A stretch of 64,000 nucleotides of DNA from Promethearchaeota archaeon (GCA_048941265.1 JBHLNT010000007.1:12433-76432); one strand, 5' to 3'. Numbered from the stretch's first letter, positions 49,289-60,399 are shown. Numbers and translations are program-made. Notes: generated by a model from the sequence alone, not told the origin.

Positions 49289-49543
49289 CTAATAGCGACG
49301 ATCTTTAGCAAGAATTTTAACTTTTAAAGCCTCTGGACCATTTCCATTTTTTGAATCATTCTTTAATTTAAATTCTACAAAATCTCCAATTTCTAATTTT
49401 TTAAAACCATCCATTTCAATATTAGAAAAGTGAACAAATATATCTTCATGGTCTTCCACAGTAATAAATCCATATCCCTTTCTAGCATCAAACCATTTTA
49501 CCCAACCGGTTAATCTTTCACCTGTTTTCTTGTTTCCTGCCAT
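49289..49543 (-). CDS. Cold-shock domain protein
   Basis: GWVKWF, RNP1 KGYGFI, RNP2 IFVHF. Confidence 0.93.
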   Translation of the reverse strand: MAGNKKTGERLTGWVKWFDARKGYGFITVEDHEDIFVHFSNIEMDGFKKLEIGDFVEFKLKNDSKNGNGPEALKVKILAKDRRY

Positions 49544-49766
49544 ATTATTAACACTTTCTTACTATTTAAAATTAAATCAGATTTTATTTCAATTTTTAAT
49601 ATCTTAATCTAAGATAATTAATTATATTATAGAAAAGAATAAATTTTAATTTTAAAATCTTTTTAATAGTCCCCTCCTCTATAAATCTCCAAAATCAAAA
49701 AATTAAAGTTAAAATATAAAAAAATTTGAACAATTTAATTTTAAATATTAAAAAGAGAATTAGAAA

Positions 49767-51125
49767 ATGAATATCTTAGACAAAGTTTTAGAAATATATC
49801 ATAGATATTTTATTTGTTCATATTGTCTCGGAAGAATGTTCGCTCTCTTAGGAACAGATACTACTAATTTTGAAAGAGGTTCTTCATTACTTCTTTCATT
49901 AACTTTAGAAAATCACAGAATTTTACTTACTGATAAAAATAATGAGCACATTGCCCATCAAAACTTAAAAATTCTTGCGGAGAATGCAAATTTTTCACCT
50001 GCTCAAAAAGTTTTAGAAAAAGAAGGTTTTGAATATAATGAAACTAAAACTACTAAAAAATGCTATTTATGCCACGATATTTTTCTAAATTTACAAAAAT
50101 ATGTTGATACAGCAATTAATTTAACAAAAAATTATGAGTATAATACTTTTTTATGTGGGACAAGGTTAAACTCTAAAATAATAAATTATGAAGATAAATT
50201 CAAAGCAGAATTCAATTTATTGGAATCTGAGTCATTTAAAAATCATTTCAATCGGGAAATTGGAAAACTCTTATCAAGCGTATTAAATAAACCTCCAGAA
50301 TTTGAATATCCAGATATTCTTTTCATATTTTCTTTAGATTATGCTGAATTTGAAGTTCAATTATTAGTAAGATCCCTTTTTATATCTGGGAAATATAATA
50401 AATTAATACGAGGTATTCCTCAAACCAAATGGCCTTGTAGAAAATGTCAAGGGAAAGGTTGTGATAATTGTAATTATTCAGGCACTCAGTATGATACTAG
50501 TGTTGAGCAATTAATTAATCCTTTATTTATTGAAATGTCAAAAGCAACGGGATCCAAATTTCATGGTGCTGGAAGGGAAGATATAGATGTAAGAATGTTA
50601 GGAAATGGTAGACCATTTATACTTGAATTAAAAGAACCTAAAAAAAGAGATTTAGATCTTGATTATATTACTGAGCAAGTTAACAAAAAACAATATGGAA
50701 AAGTAAAAATTTCAGATTTAAGATATAGCAACAAAAAAGAGGTTATTAGTCTAAAAAAAAAAGCAGAGTGTACCAAAAAAGTATATTTGGCATTAGTAGA
50801 GGCTGAAGAGTCTATTGATAAAAAGTCATTTGAAAATAAATTAAAATCATTAAGAAATTTAATTGAAAATAATAAAATATATCAAAGAACTCCTTTTAGA
50901 GTGTCTCATCGACGTGCTGATTTAATAAGAGAAAAATTTGTTTATAAAATAGAGAGTGAATATCTATCACCAAACTTATTTAAATTCACTGTTAAAACTC
51001 AAGGAGGAACATATATAAAAGAATTAATAAGTGGGGATGAGGGTCGCACTACACCATCTTTTTCTGAAGTTTTTGGTAGTAAATTGATTTGTAAAGAATT
51101 AGATGTTATCGACATAAAAGAATAG
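49767..51125 (+). CDS. pus10: tRNA pseudouridine(54/55) synthase
   Basis: GKYNKLIRGIPQTKW, FHGAGREDIDVRMLG, QRTP-RV-HRR, GGTYIKELI. Confidence 0.95.
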   Translation: MNILDKVLEIYHRYFICSYCLGRMFALLGTDTTNFERGSSLLLSLTLENHRILLTDKNNEHIAHQNLKILAENANFSPAQKVLEKEGFEYNETKTTKKCYLCHDIFLNLQKYVDTAINLTKNYEYNTFLCGTRLNSKIINYEDKFKAEFNLLESESFKNHFNREIGKLLSSVLNKPPEFEYPDILFIFSLDYAEFEVQLLVRSLFISGKYNKLIRGIPQTKWPCRKCQGKGCDNCNYSGTQYDTSVEQLINPLFIEMSKATGSKFHGAGREDIDVRMLGNGRPFILELKEPKKRDLDLDYITEQVNKKQYGKVKISDLRYSNKKEVISLKKKAECTKKVYLALVEAEESIDKKSFENKLKSLRNLIENNKIYQRTPFRVSHRRADLIREKFVYKIESEYLSPNLFKFTVKTQGGTYIKELISGDEGRTTPSFSEVFGSKLICKELDVIDIKE

Positions 51126-51244
51126 ATTAAATGATTGAGAATAATTCAAATCGAATAAAACCAAAAAATAAATAAATTATACTTCATAATTCTACTAAAT
51201 TACGCGATTTAAAATTATAATAATTAACTCAAAAGCTGGTACAC

Positions 51245-51553
51245 GTGACCCTGCATAAAGGTTACAGAAATAAAACTCGCAAAAGGCATAGAAAGAACTG
51301 TCGAGCAAGAGGCTTAGGTTCAATCGAAAAATATTTAGAGGACTATAATATTAACGATAAAGTTGATATTATTACTGACCCGTCGCAACATAAACGCGGA
51401 ATGCCCCATAGAAGATATCATGGCAAAACTGGAGTTATTGTTGGAGTAAGAGGCCGATGTTATGAAGTTGAATTGAAGTTAGGTAATTCTACAAAAGTTT
51501 TAATTATCGGAAGAGAACACTTAAGGTTAAATCCTATTTCTATTAAAAATTAA
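51245..51553 (+). CDS. rpl21e: 50S ribosomal protein L21e
   Basis: GYRNKTR, GMPHRRYHGKTG, EHL; conserved position after pus10. Confidence 0.95.
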   Translation: MTLHKGYRNKTRKRHRKNCRARGLGSIEKYLEDYNINDKVDIITDPSQHKRGMPHRRYHGKTGVIVGVRGRCYEVELKLGNSTKVLIIGREHLRLNPISIKN

Positions 51554-51575
51554 AGTTGATATATAAAAAAATTAA

Positions 51576-51947
51576 GTGATTCTAATGTCTGGAAGAAAAA
51601 TTAGCGAAAAAACAGTTTCTATACCAGAAGTAAAAAAGATAATGGAAACTGTAAAGGAACGAGTGATGGAAATTGATGAAGAGGGGATGTCTCACTTTCA
51701 AGATATAACCTATAACTATGTTAATCAATTTGCTAAAATGAGCGATAAAGATGCTAAGAAAATTAAAAAATTTCTTATAGATACTTATGAAATAGAAGAA
51801 GTTTATGCTATTAATATTGTAAATGTTGATCCCCAAACTGTTCCGGAATTACGAATAATTCTTGAAAAAAGTTATACTGGCAAATCTTTAACTGAGGAGC
51901 AGCTTCATGAAATTATATATCAAATTAAAGATTTAAAAACATCATAA
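51576..51947 (+). CDS. rpo4: RNA polymerase subunit Rpo4/RpoF (start may be ATG 51585)
   Basis: VSIPEVK, TYNYVNQFAK, IVNVDP..ELR; conserved synteny. Confidence 0.88.
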   Translation: MILMSGRKISEKTVSIPEVKKIMETVKERVMEIDEEGMSHFQDITYNYVNQFAKMSDKDAKKIKKFLIDTYEIEEVYAINIVNVDPQTVPELRIILEKSYTGKSLTEEQLHEIIYQIKDLKTS

Positions 51948-52131
51948 ATAAAAATTAATGCTTTAGTTTTTGCCTCAAGTAAGAATAAAACATCGAAGAC
52001 TTTATAAAGCTATATTGTTTTTAATTTTAATGAGCAATCCTGTACTGAATTTGTTAATAAAGGGATATTTTCAATAAAAAAAATCATTATGGTAAGTGGA
52101 AAAGTAAGAAAGAAGAAAACTGGTAGGTATA

Positions 52132-52785
52132 ATGGAAAGAAGAGATCAATACGGAAGGCAACCTCGCAGAAGAGACTTTCAAAAGAAGGGCTCGAGAAAG
52201 AAAAAGCAATTTATAAAAAAATCTCGAGAACTTATCATTTTGGATGTGCTATTGCATGGACATCCAGAAGAAGATAAACCCAGTTGGACAAAGACTCCTT
52301 TAGCTCAAGTCCTTACTTTTCCCGATTTCGTTCTTTATGAAGTAAAAATTAATAAATCCCCTAATCTTGTTTTAAAACCTGAAGAAAAAAAGACTTATGA
52401 AGAATTTATTAGAGAAAATAAATTAAGAGATGTAATAAAAAAAATTGATTATGAAGAGTTAACAAATACTTCTAAAGCATTAATCCAACCCATTTTAGAA
52501 AAAGAGATAATGAATTATGAGGATGATTTTATTAATTTCTTCAATAATTCAACATCTATAACACCGAGAATGCATGCACTCAAATTATTACCGGGCATTG
52601 GGAAGAAACATATGTGGGAAATAATTGAAGAAAGACAACGACAAAAATTCGTTACATTTTCAGACATCTCAGACCGTACCAGTCTTTCACATCCCGCAAA
52701 ACAAATTGCACTTAGAATAATTAAAGAACTTCAGCGAGAGGGCATTAAATATTATCTCTTCTCAAAAACTCAAAAATATGAGTAA
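52132..52785 (+). CDS. DUF655 family putative nucleic-acid-binding protein
   Basis: FINFFN, ITPRMHALKLLPGIGKKHM (HhH), conserved synteny. Confidence 0.88.
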   Translation: MERRDQYGRQPRRRDFQKKGSRKKKQFIKKSRELIILDVLLHGHPEEDKPSWTKTPLAQVLTFPDFVLYEVKINKSPNLVLKPEEKKTYEEFIRENKLRDVIKKIDYEELTNTSKALIQPILEKEIMNYEDDFINFFNNSTSITPRMHALKLLPGIGKKHMWEIIEERQRQKFVTFSDISDRTSLSHPAKQIALRIIKELQREGIKYYLFSKTQKYE

Positions 52786-53659
52786 TCCACTAAATATGAA
52801 TAGAAAAGATGTTCAGCTTATTTTAAAAAACCTAAATATAGAACCTACAAAACGCTTAGGTCAAAATTTTCTGATTGACAATAATACTCGAGATACTATT
52901 ATTAATCAAGCACGTGTTTCCCAAAATGATATTATTTTAGAAATAGGTCCTGGATTAGGAGCTCTCACAGAGAAACTAGTTGAAAGTGCGAAAAAAGTAT
53001 ATGCTATTGAAATTGACTCTCGACTTTTTAAATTTTTAAGAAATAAATTTTCTAATTATAATAATTTAACAATAATTAATAGTGATATTCTGCAATTCGA
53101 TCTCCCAGAATATAATAAAGTTGTGTCTAATTTACCATACTCTATTACAGGTCAAATTCTAGAGAAGATCTTTTTCAGAGAAAATCCTCCCCATGGAATT
53201 TTAACTATTGAAGAAGCTATTGCGGACCGAATTTTTTCCCAGAAAAATTATAAAAACTTATCCAGAATTACTATTAGTGTCAATACCTTTATGAAACCCG
53301 TTGAAAAACGTAAAATTTCAAGAAATTCATTTTATCCTACTCCTAATATTGATCTCACTTTAATTAATCTCTTTCCAAGAGAGATAATCGATGAATTCTT
53401 GATAGAAAAAACCAAAAGATTATTTTATTTAAAAATTCTAAGTGGAATTATGCCATTTAAGAACAAAAACCTTTCAAATGCCTTAGAATTATTTTTGAAA
53501 AAGAAACTTTACCTAGATCTAAATAAAAAGATTATAAGTAATATTTTACATAAAAATAATATTATAGATAATAAGGTCTATAGATATAGCATTAGTGATT
53601 TTGTGAAAATTAGCAAAATATTTTATGATGAAATAGAATTAAAGGAAATATGTGATTAA
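52778..53659 (+). CDS. rsmA: 16S rRNA adenine dimethyltransferase KsgA/Dim1
   Basis: LGQNFL, LEIGPGLG, EID, SNLPY. Confidence 0.93.
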   Translation: MSNPLNMNRKDVQLILKNLNIEPTKRLGQNFLIDNNTRDTIINQARVSQNDIILEIGPGLGALTEKLVESAKKVYAIEIDSRLFKFLRNKFSNYNNLTIINSDILQFDLPEYNKVVSNLPYSITGQILEKIFFRENPPHGILTIEEAIADRIFSQKNYKNLSRITISVNTFMKPVEKRKISRNSFYPTPNIDLTLINLFPREIIDEFLIEKTKRLFYLKILSGIMPFKNKNLSNALELFLKKKLYLDLNKKIISNILHKNNIIDNKVYRYSISDFVKISKIFYDEIELKEICD

Positions 53660-54347
53660 AATCAAAGTTTTCCCCGATCCCGTTATAGATTACGATTTTG
53701 AAAATGTTTATAGACCTGCTGATGATACGTATTTAATAGTTGATTATTTTAAATACCACATAGACTCTTACTTTTTTGATGGAATTGCCTTAGAGAAAAT
53801 AGGGAAAATATTAGATATGGGAACAGGTACAGGTTATATTGCATTATCCCTTCAAATTATAAAAACAATTATTCCGAGATTTAACCCGAAAATCTATGCT
53901 TCCGATATTTTGGAAGAAGCCATCATCCTTTCAAAACATAATGAAAGATTAAATAGTTTTGATAGTGAGATTGAGTTTATTAATTCAGATCTCTTTAATT
54001 CTTTTCCATTTACTCTAAAACATTCATTTGATGTTATTATTTTTAATCCACCTTATTTACCATCTTCCAACATCATACAAAAAGATAAAATTAAGAAAAA
54101 AATTGATTATAGTTGGGATGGTGGAGAGTTAGGTTTTGAAACTTTTTTAAGGTTCTTAGATGAAGCAAAAGACTTTCTTAAATTGAACTCTAATTCACGT
54201 ATTTATTATGTAAACTCAAATAGAATTAATTTAGAACAATTCAATCAATTAATATTTAAAAAAGGATATGAAAGAACTTATCTAAATAAAATTCATGTTT
54301 TTCATGAAGATATATATCTAAATCGTTTAGAATTATCACCCAATTAA
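53652..54347 (+). CDS. HemK2/PrmC-like protein methyltransferase
   Basis: VYRPADDT, LDMGTGTG, SDLF, FNPPY, WDGG. Confidence 0.88.
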   Translation: MIKIKVFPDPVIDYDFENVYRPADDTYLIVDYFKYHIDSYFFDGIALEKIGKILDMGTGTGYIALSLQIIKTIIPRFNPKIYASDILEEAIILSKHNERLNSFDSEIEFINSDLFNSFPFTLKHSFDVIIFNPPYLPSSNIIQKDKIKKKIDYSWDGGELGFETFLRFLDEAKDFLKLNSNSRIYYVNSNRINLEQFNQLIFKKGYERTYLNKIHVFHEDIYLNRLELSPN

Positions 54348-55627
54348 AATGGTCTACGGTTTCTTCGCTTCTCTAATAGTTCTAATCCTTGCTCCTTTAA
54401 GTTCCTCATTAAGCTATTAAATAAAAGATTTATTTCATCTGGTTTAAAAACTGCCCTTTTATGAGCCTCAATTTGAGGGATTGGAAGACCATAATGTTTA
54501 TTTAAACTTGAAATAGGTAGTATAATTGAAGATATTAAATCAGCTTTCTCAGCAGCTTTTTTTATTGAATCGTTTTCTTCCATAAAAAATTCAATCCTGC
54601 ATGGTGTATCAAATTTAGCAGTTTTAAGGTAAAATGCATAAAATGATAAAGGAAAATAATAAGGAATTTCCTTTTTTATACCAGTATCTCGTATTTTTTC
54701 AATGTCTCGTTTACAGTTGAAAATACAACTTCTCTCTGATTTATTTAATAACTTATTAAATAATTCTAAATCGGATAAGTAATCAATAATCTGGCGGTAA
54801 TTTATTTTAATAAAATCATTCAAATTTGATGTATTAGGTTTTAATAATTGAATTGAATCTCTTAATAAATGAGATAGAGCTGAAGTTCGTGTATCTTTGA
54901 TGGATCCAATTAAAATAATCCCATTTTCTTTGCAATTCAAATATAATTTATGATATTCTCTTAATAATCTATCATATTTCTTAGCAATCTCAGGATCCTG
55001 GGAGAAAAGTAAATTTATAGGCATGATTACTATCGATCCATCAATTATTATAAGATCTCTATTGAAATCATTAGAATATTTAATCATATTGTTTAAAAGA
55101 TTAATTTCCATAAATTTCATATCCATTGAAATTTTATTTTCAACGATATTTTCTTCTCGATTAATAAAATTACCTTGAACTGAATAATAATTAAAACCAC
55201 TTAGATCTGGATAGTATTTTATATCTGCTGCATGATTTTTATAAAAATGATAATTAACAGCAATAGCTTTTAAAAATGAAAAATCAACATTCATAAAATT
55301 CTTTGCAACTGAACTTCCGTCAACACTTACTATATTTAATCCACTAATATTTGAAGAATTGACAGACTTTTTTAAAAATCTTTCTTTAATACCAAATTTG
55401 GGATATTCTATAAATTCTGAAAAATCTAATTCTTTAAAGTTTTTAAGAATAATATGTGCAAAAAGTGTCTTCATTTTTTCTATCTCGACACACTCATATG
55501 CAATTTTCCTTAAATCTTTAGCTAAAAGTTGTTCTTTCGTTAAACCAACGATACTACTCTTTTTGTTAAACGATAACGCATTAAATTGTTGATTATTTGA
55601 CTTAGTGGAATTACTTTTTAATGTCAT
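54344..55627 (-). CDS. nurA: NurA-family nuclease (ATG 55627 preferred over the track's 55708 start)
   Basis: VSVDGS, IIDGS, GSIKD, RIE, YGLP..EAH..A. Confidence 0.85.
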   Translation of the reverse strand: MTLKSNSTKSNNQQFNALSFNKKSSIVGLTKEQLLAKDLRKIAYECVEIEKMKTLFAHIILKNFKELDFSEFIEYPKFGIKERFLKKSVNSSNISGLNIVSVDGSSVAKNFMNVDFSFLKAIAVNYHFYKNHAADIKYYPDLSGFNYYSVQGNFINREENIVENKISMDMKFMEINLLNNMIKYSNDFNRDLIIIDGSIVIMPINLLFSQDPEIAKKYDRLLREYHKLYLNCKENGIILIGSIKDTRTSALSHLLRDSIQLLKPNTSNLNDFIKINYRQIIDYLSDLELFNKLLNKSERSCIFNCKRDIEKIRDTGIKKEIPYYFPLSFYAFYLKTAKFDTPCRIEFFMEENDSIKKAAEKADLISSIILPISSLNKHYGLPIPQIEAHKRAVFKPDEINLLFNSLMRNLKEQGLELLEKRRNRRPF

Positions 55628-55721
55628 TATAGCTTTTAAAAAAAAAGTTAATAATAATAACGATGAGAGATTAGATTTTTTGATTTTTGACTTTGAATCT
55701 ACAGACAAAACTTAATTAAAA

Positions 55722-56375
55722 ATGGCAATAGAGTTAGGCGCTAATCCTTGGATTTTAATAAGTATAATGTTGTTTGAATTGTTCTTTATCATCATTCCGG
55801 CTTTAATAGCTAGCAAGGTTGAAAAAACTTCTATTAAAGATGAAATAGTTTATATGGGTTTTCAAAAAACTGAAGACACAAAACAGAAAAACATTCTCAA
55901 AATTGTAATAGGTATTAGCCTTGGTTTCACATTTTTTTTAATTAGCGGCTACATAATTTTCTTTTTCAAAAATATACTTATCGAAAACTTATTTGGTCCT
56001 GAATTTATTAAAAGTGGTGAAAAAGGAGCAATAAAAACTTCTCCTTTTAACCCTAATATATTCCAATTGATAATAATTATATCTTTGCACTTTATACTTG
56101 TAGGAATTTGCGAAGAGGCTTTTTTCCGGGGATTTATAATTAAAAAATGTGAAAGAAAAATGAAGAAAGGATCTGCAATTTTACTTTCTTCAGTATGTTT
56201 TGGATTCTACCATACTCCACCATTTTTGGTCCCTATTACAACTATCATAACGTACTTTGGATATTATTTTACATTTGGAATTTTATTAGCAATTATGTTT
56301 AAAATTTTTCATAATTCACTTATACCTTGTATAATTGCCCATGGAATGTTTAACACATTAATTTTGATATTTTAA
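55722..56375 (+). CDS. CPBP-family intramembrane metalloprotease
   Basis: EEAFFRG, FGFYH and AHGMFN motifs all intact. Confidence 0.9.
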   Translation: MAIELGANPWILISIMLFELFFIIIPALIASKVEKTSIKDEIVYMGFQKTEDTKQKNILKIVIGISLGFTFFLISGYIIFFFKNILIENLFGPEFIKSGEKGAIKTSPFNPNIFQLIIIISLHFILVGICEEAFFRGFIIKKCERKMKKGSAILLSSVCFGFYHTPPFLVPITTIITYFGYYFTFGILLAIMFKIFHNSLIPCIIAHGMFNTLILIF

Positions 56376-56567
56376 ATTAAATTTAATTTTATTATATTAA
56401 GATTTATTTTGAGAAAAATTAAATAAAGAAATATCATATAATTAAGTTAATTAGGTAAGGAAGAAGTTTTAATTTTATTTGAATTAAAAAAAAAATCACG
56501 GCAAAAAATTCTACACTCTAAAGATATAGTAAATTTCAGAAAGATTTGATTAATTACGGGAAATTTA

Positions 56568-57101
56568 ATGACAGATTATGATTATACATTTAAATTGATG
56601 ATGCTTGGCGATGCAAGTGTGGGGAAAACATCCCTAACTCTCCGCTATATTAGTGGATTTTTTCTTGAAGATCTAAAATTAACTATTGGTGTAGATTTTT
56701 ATTCAAAGACGACTGATTTTGATAATAAAAAAGTGAAATTACAAATCTGGGATTTTGGTGGTGAAGAACGTTTCAGATTTCTGTTGTCACAATACTGTAA
56801 GGGTGCAAATGGAGCATTTTTCTTATATGATATTACAAATCGTATTACATTAGACCATTTACCTGATTGGACTCAAATAATAAGAGAGCATGCAGGAGAC
56901 ATTCCAATAATGTTAATAGGCTCTAAACTTGATCTAGAAAGATTTCGATCTGTTACCCGAGATGAAGGAATCCTTGCCGCTAAAAAATACAATTTGTCTT
57001 CTTTCGTGGAATTATCATCAAAAACAGGACAAAATGTTGAAAAGGCCTTTGAGGTTATAACTGAGACCCTCATAAAAAGGGCAACTGCTAAGATTGTTTA
57101 A
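56568..57101 (+). CDS. Rab-like small GTPase
   Basis: GDASVGKTS, TIGVDF, KLQIWDFGGEERFR, GSKLD, ELSSK. Confidence 0.93.
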   Translation: MTDYDYTFKLMMLGDASVGKTSLTLRYISGFFLEDLKLTIGVDFYSKTTDFDNKKVKLQIWDFGGEERFRFLLSQYCKGANGAFFLYDITNRITLDHLPDWTQIIREHAGDIPIMLIGSKLDLERFRSVTRDEGILAAKKYNLSSFVELSSKTGQNVEKAFEVITETLIKRATAKIV

Positions 57102-57271
57102 TTTTCCTTATTAATAATTGAGTTTTTGACTTAAAATTGGTTTAAAAAAAACTTTAAGCAATCACAAAAATAATTTTTAATTAATATGCTTTTTCGCTTG
57201 AATTTGATGAATAATCATTTCTATTTCAAATCTCGATTAGTTTTATTACTTTTCAATAATTTTTTGAAATT

Positions 57272-58705
57272 ATGTTAGATTTTGAAAAATTATTTAATCC
57301 TAGAGCTGTAGGTATTATCGGAGCTAATAATAAACTCTTTGGTGGCGGCTATTTCCTAAAAAGTTTAGTTAATTTAGGTTTTAAAAAACCATTATATCTA
57401 TTTAATCCTCGACTTAAAGGAACTAAACTTGATGGTTATACTGTTTACGGTTCAATATTAGAAGTTGATGATGAGCACGAAATAGATTATGTAATAATTG
57501 CAGTTCCAGCCCACTTATGTCCACAGATCTTAGAAGAATGTGGAAAGAAAAACGTCCCATTCGCTACAATCTTTACATCTGGATTCAGTGAAATTGGAAA
57601 TGATTTTTTAGAAGTAGCTCTTTTAGAAATAGCAAAAAGATATAATATTCGTTTAATAGGTCCAAATTGCCTTGGGGTTTATGTTCCTAAGATAAGGCTT
57701 ACTTTTTCATTAGGTTTACTTAAAGAACATTCTGGTAATTTAGGAATGATCTTTCAATCGGGTGGCTTAGCAATTTATGTTGCTGCCATGGCTCAGTCAA
57801 TTTATGGGACAAATCCAAGCAAAGTATTATCAATAGGAAATCAAATTGATTTAAATTTTGTTGATTTTTTAGAGTATTTTTTAACTGATAAGGAGACCCA
57901 ATCAGTCGCGTTATATTTAGAAAATATTAAGAGTATTGAAATTGGGCGAAGATTTCTTCAAATTGTTAAACAATTAAGTTTAGCAGGAAAGCCAGTATTT
58001 TTATGGAAAGTTGGTACCGGAGAGGCTACAAAGGAGGCAATTATGTCACATACAGGGGGTTTAGCAGGAAATAAAAAAATTTGGCAAGCTGTAGCAAAAC
58101 AAACAGGCGCTTGTTTAGTAAACAATTCTCATGAATTGATAAATTTAGCGATGATTTTTAATCATATTTCATATTTGCCAATAAATCGAAATATAGCAAT
58201 TACAGCCATGGGAGGTGGAGCATCCATCGAAACTACTGATGTTTTTGAACAGAATAATTTAAAAGTGCCGAAATTAGCACCAGAAACTACTGAAAAATTT
58301 AACGATTTCCTGCCTGACGTAAATACTATATTCCGAAACCCATTAGATTTAGGGGCTTCAGGCTCATCTCCGGAAATTTTTTATCAAACATTGATTACTC
58401 TTGACTCTGATCCTAATATCTCTGCTGTGGTTTTTATCAAGGCTTATAATTATAGTCATGATTTTCGAAAGGCAATAAAAAGAGCATATAATGACATGAA
58501 AAAACCCCTTATATGTATAGCTTATAAAGTAATAGATGATACAAGTGATTATGCAGGTAAATTGCTCTTCAAAAGAGAATTATTTGAACTTAAAGTTCTT
58601 ATTTTTGAATCTATTGAATTAGCTGCTAAATCCTTGGATATCATGTGTGGTTATAAGGAATTTTTAGAAAAACGTAATAATTATCAAAAAAATACACATA
58701 TGTAA
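57272..58705 (+). CDS. ADP-forming acyl-CoA synthetase alpha-type subunit
   Basis: FNPRAVGIIGA, SGFSE, GPNCLG, QSGG, phospho-His motif SHTG, NPLD. Confidence 0.9.
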   Translation: MLDFEKLFNPRAVGIIGANNKLFGGGYFLKSLVNLGFKKPLYLFNPRLKGTKLDGYTVYGSILEVDDEHEIDYVIIAVPAHLCPQILEECGKKNVPFATIFTSGFSEIGNDFLEVALLEIAKRYNIRLIGPNCLGVYVPKIRLTFSLGLLKEHSGNLGMIFQSGGLAIYVAAMAQSIYGTNPSKVLSIGNQIDLNFVDFLEYFLTDKETQSVALYLENIKSIEIGRRFLQIVKQLSLAGKPVFLWKVGTGEATKEAIMSHTGGLAGNKKIWQAVAKQTGACLVNNSHELINLAMIFNHISYLPINRNIAITAMGGGASIETTDVFEQNNLKVPKLAPETTEKFNDFLPDVNTIFRNPLDLGASGSSPEIFYQTLITLDSDPNISAVVFIKAYNYSHDFRKAIKRAYNDMKKPLICIAYKVIDDTSDYAGKLLFKRELFELKVLIFESIELAAKSLDIMCGYKEFLEKRNNYQKNTHM

Positions 58706-58709
58706 ATAT

Positions 58710-59039
58710 CTAAATATATTTCTTGCAATTAACATAGAGCAAATATAATGGTTCTTCATCCTCTTCAATTTTATCAAATCTTTTAATCTCTTCTTAAAAC
58801 TTATTGTCCATATAATCGTCGTTAATAGTCGATACCTCACCTATATATACTTTATCATGACCCTCTTTAGCTTTAAAATTGGGATATATTTTATTTTGGA
58901 ATATAATTGAATCTCTTGGAGATATTTTTACTATAGATTCCGCATTATATTTTTTCCTGATACCATCAACTGAAATGGATACTTTAGTGCCTTCTAGCTG
59001 GTTATTATCCGTAAAATTTTATACTTGAACCCTACCAAG
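58710..59039 (-). pseudogene. Decayed reading frame with two in-frame TAA stops
   Basis: Manual translation: LGRVQV*NFTDNNQLEGTKV...DDYMDNKF*EEIKRFDKIEEDEEPLYLLYVNCKKYI*. Confidence 0.45.
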
Positions 59040-59181
59040 AATAAAATAAAAAAATGCATAATTTAAGAAAAAGAATTAAAGTTCTAAAAATTTTTATAGT
59101 ATTGATTCCTTCCCCTATTTCAATTAATTTAAATAAATTTTTTATTTTTCAAAAATTTTATATAAAGAAGGACGATAAAAA

Positions 59182-60336
59182 ATGTCTGTTAGAAGTTTTA
59201 AACATCCAGTTGTATATTATGGAAAAGGCTCATTAAAAGAATTAAAAAACTTGAGCCAAAATAAAATTTTGGTTATTACAGATAAAGTTATAAAGGAAAT
59301 ACACGGAAAACAAATTTCAAAATTTCTTAGGAAAAATGATTTTATCTTTTTTGATGAGGTTGAACCAGATCCTAAAGATACTACTATGATCAAAGGCGGT
59401 GAGGTTGCTCGTGAATTTAAACCGGATTTTATTATTGGATTTGGAGGTGGTTCTGTAATGGATTCCGCAAAGGCGATTTATTTCCTCTATGAATGTGAAG
59501 ATAAAACGTTATATGAATGCAATCTATCCATTTTAGAACTAGGAAAAAAATCTAAATTAATATTAATACCAACTACTTCTGGTACAGGAGCTGAGAGTAC
59601 TGGGGGATCAATCATAACAAACGTTAAAACTGGACAAAAAGGAGGAATTGCCTCACGAGCATTAGTTCCTGAAATAGTCATCCTTGATCCAAAATTACCT
59701 CTAAAAATGCCACCAAAACTTACCGCCTCAACGGGATTGGACGCATTGGTACATGCTGTTGAAGGTTTGTTAAGTACTATGGCTTCTGATTTTACTGATG
59801 CCCTGAATTTGCATGCAATTAAAATGATAATTCAATACTTACCTCTTGCTATTGGAGAAGGAGCTGAAGATATTAATGTACGTGAAAAAATGCATTATGC
59901 TGCTTCCATTGCAGGATTAGCTCTTGGACATTCTGTTTGTGCCATAGCTCACTCATGTGGACATTCTTTAGCTGCAATTTATCATATTCAACATGGTATT
60001 TCCGTAGGTATAATGTTGCCCTATGTTATTGAATTCAATAAACCTAAAAGTGCGAAAATATATGAAATTATTTTGAATAACATAAATATTTCAATTGATG
60101 ACGATCCAACTAAATTATTGGCTAATTTTATTCGAAATTTTTTAAAAAAGATTAATGTACCTACTACATTGAAAGATTTAGGTATATCCAAAACCGATTG
60201 GGAACAAAATTTGGAAAAACTAGTATCATTTGCAAATACAGACCTTACAAAGCTTGTTAATCCAAGAGCTACTTCAGAAGATGATTTTCGAAAGATTTTT
60301 GAATATGCTTATGAGGGAAAAGAGGTAGATTTTTAA
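59182..60336 (+). CDS. Iron-containing alcohol dehydrogenase
   Basis: VEPDP, GGGSVMD, PTTSGTG, DALVHAVE, HSCGH, HG. Confidence 0.93.
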   Translation: MSVRSFKHPVVYYGKGSLKELKNLSQNKILVITDKVIKEIHGKQISKFLRKNDFIFFDEVEPDPKDTTMIKGGEVAREFKPDFIIGFGGGSVMDSAKAIYFLYECEDKTLYECNLSILELGKKSKLILIPTTSGTGAESTGGSIITNVKTGQKGGIASRALVPEIVILDPKLPLKMPPKLTASTGLDALVHAVEGLLSTMASDFTDALNLHAIKMIIQYLPLAIGEGAEDINVREKMHYAASIAGLALGHSVCAIAHSCGHSLAAIYHIQHGISVGIMLPYVIEFNKPKSAKIYEIILNNINISIDDDPTKLLANFIRNFLKKINVPTTLKDLGISKTDWEQNLEKLVSFANTDLTKLVNPRATSEDDFRKIFEYAYEGKEVDF

Positions 60337-60399
60337 AGTATATGATTTAGTTTAAATCTTATCAAAAATCTTATTTTAGTTGAATTTTTATTTTATTTA

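Noticed and set aside
52089-52277. Basic 62-aa ORF resembling a ribosomal protein
   Set aside because: It is an alternate-frame overlap of the DUF655 5' region with no recognisable family motif
55628-55708. N-terminal extension of NurA given in the ORF track
   Set aside because: It would leave only 13 bp for two divergent promoters and reads as AT-rich noise; ATG 55627 is more plausible
55722-57101. CPBP (Rce1-like) protease next to a Rab-like GTPase as a CAAX-processing module
   Set aside because: The GTPase ends in TAKIV with no Cys, so there is no prenylation substrate motif
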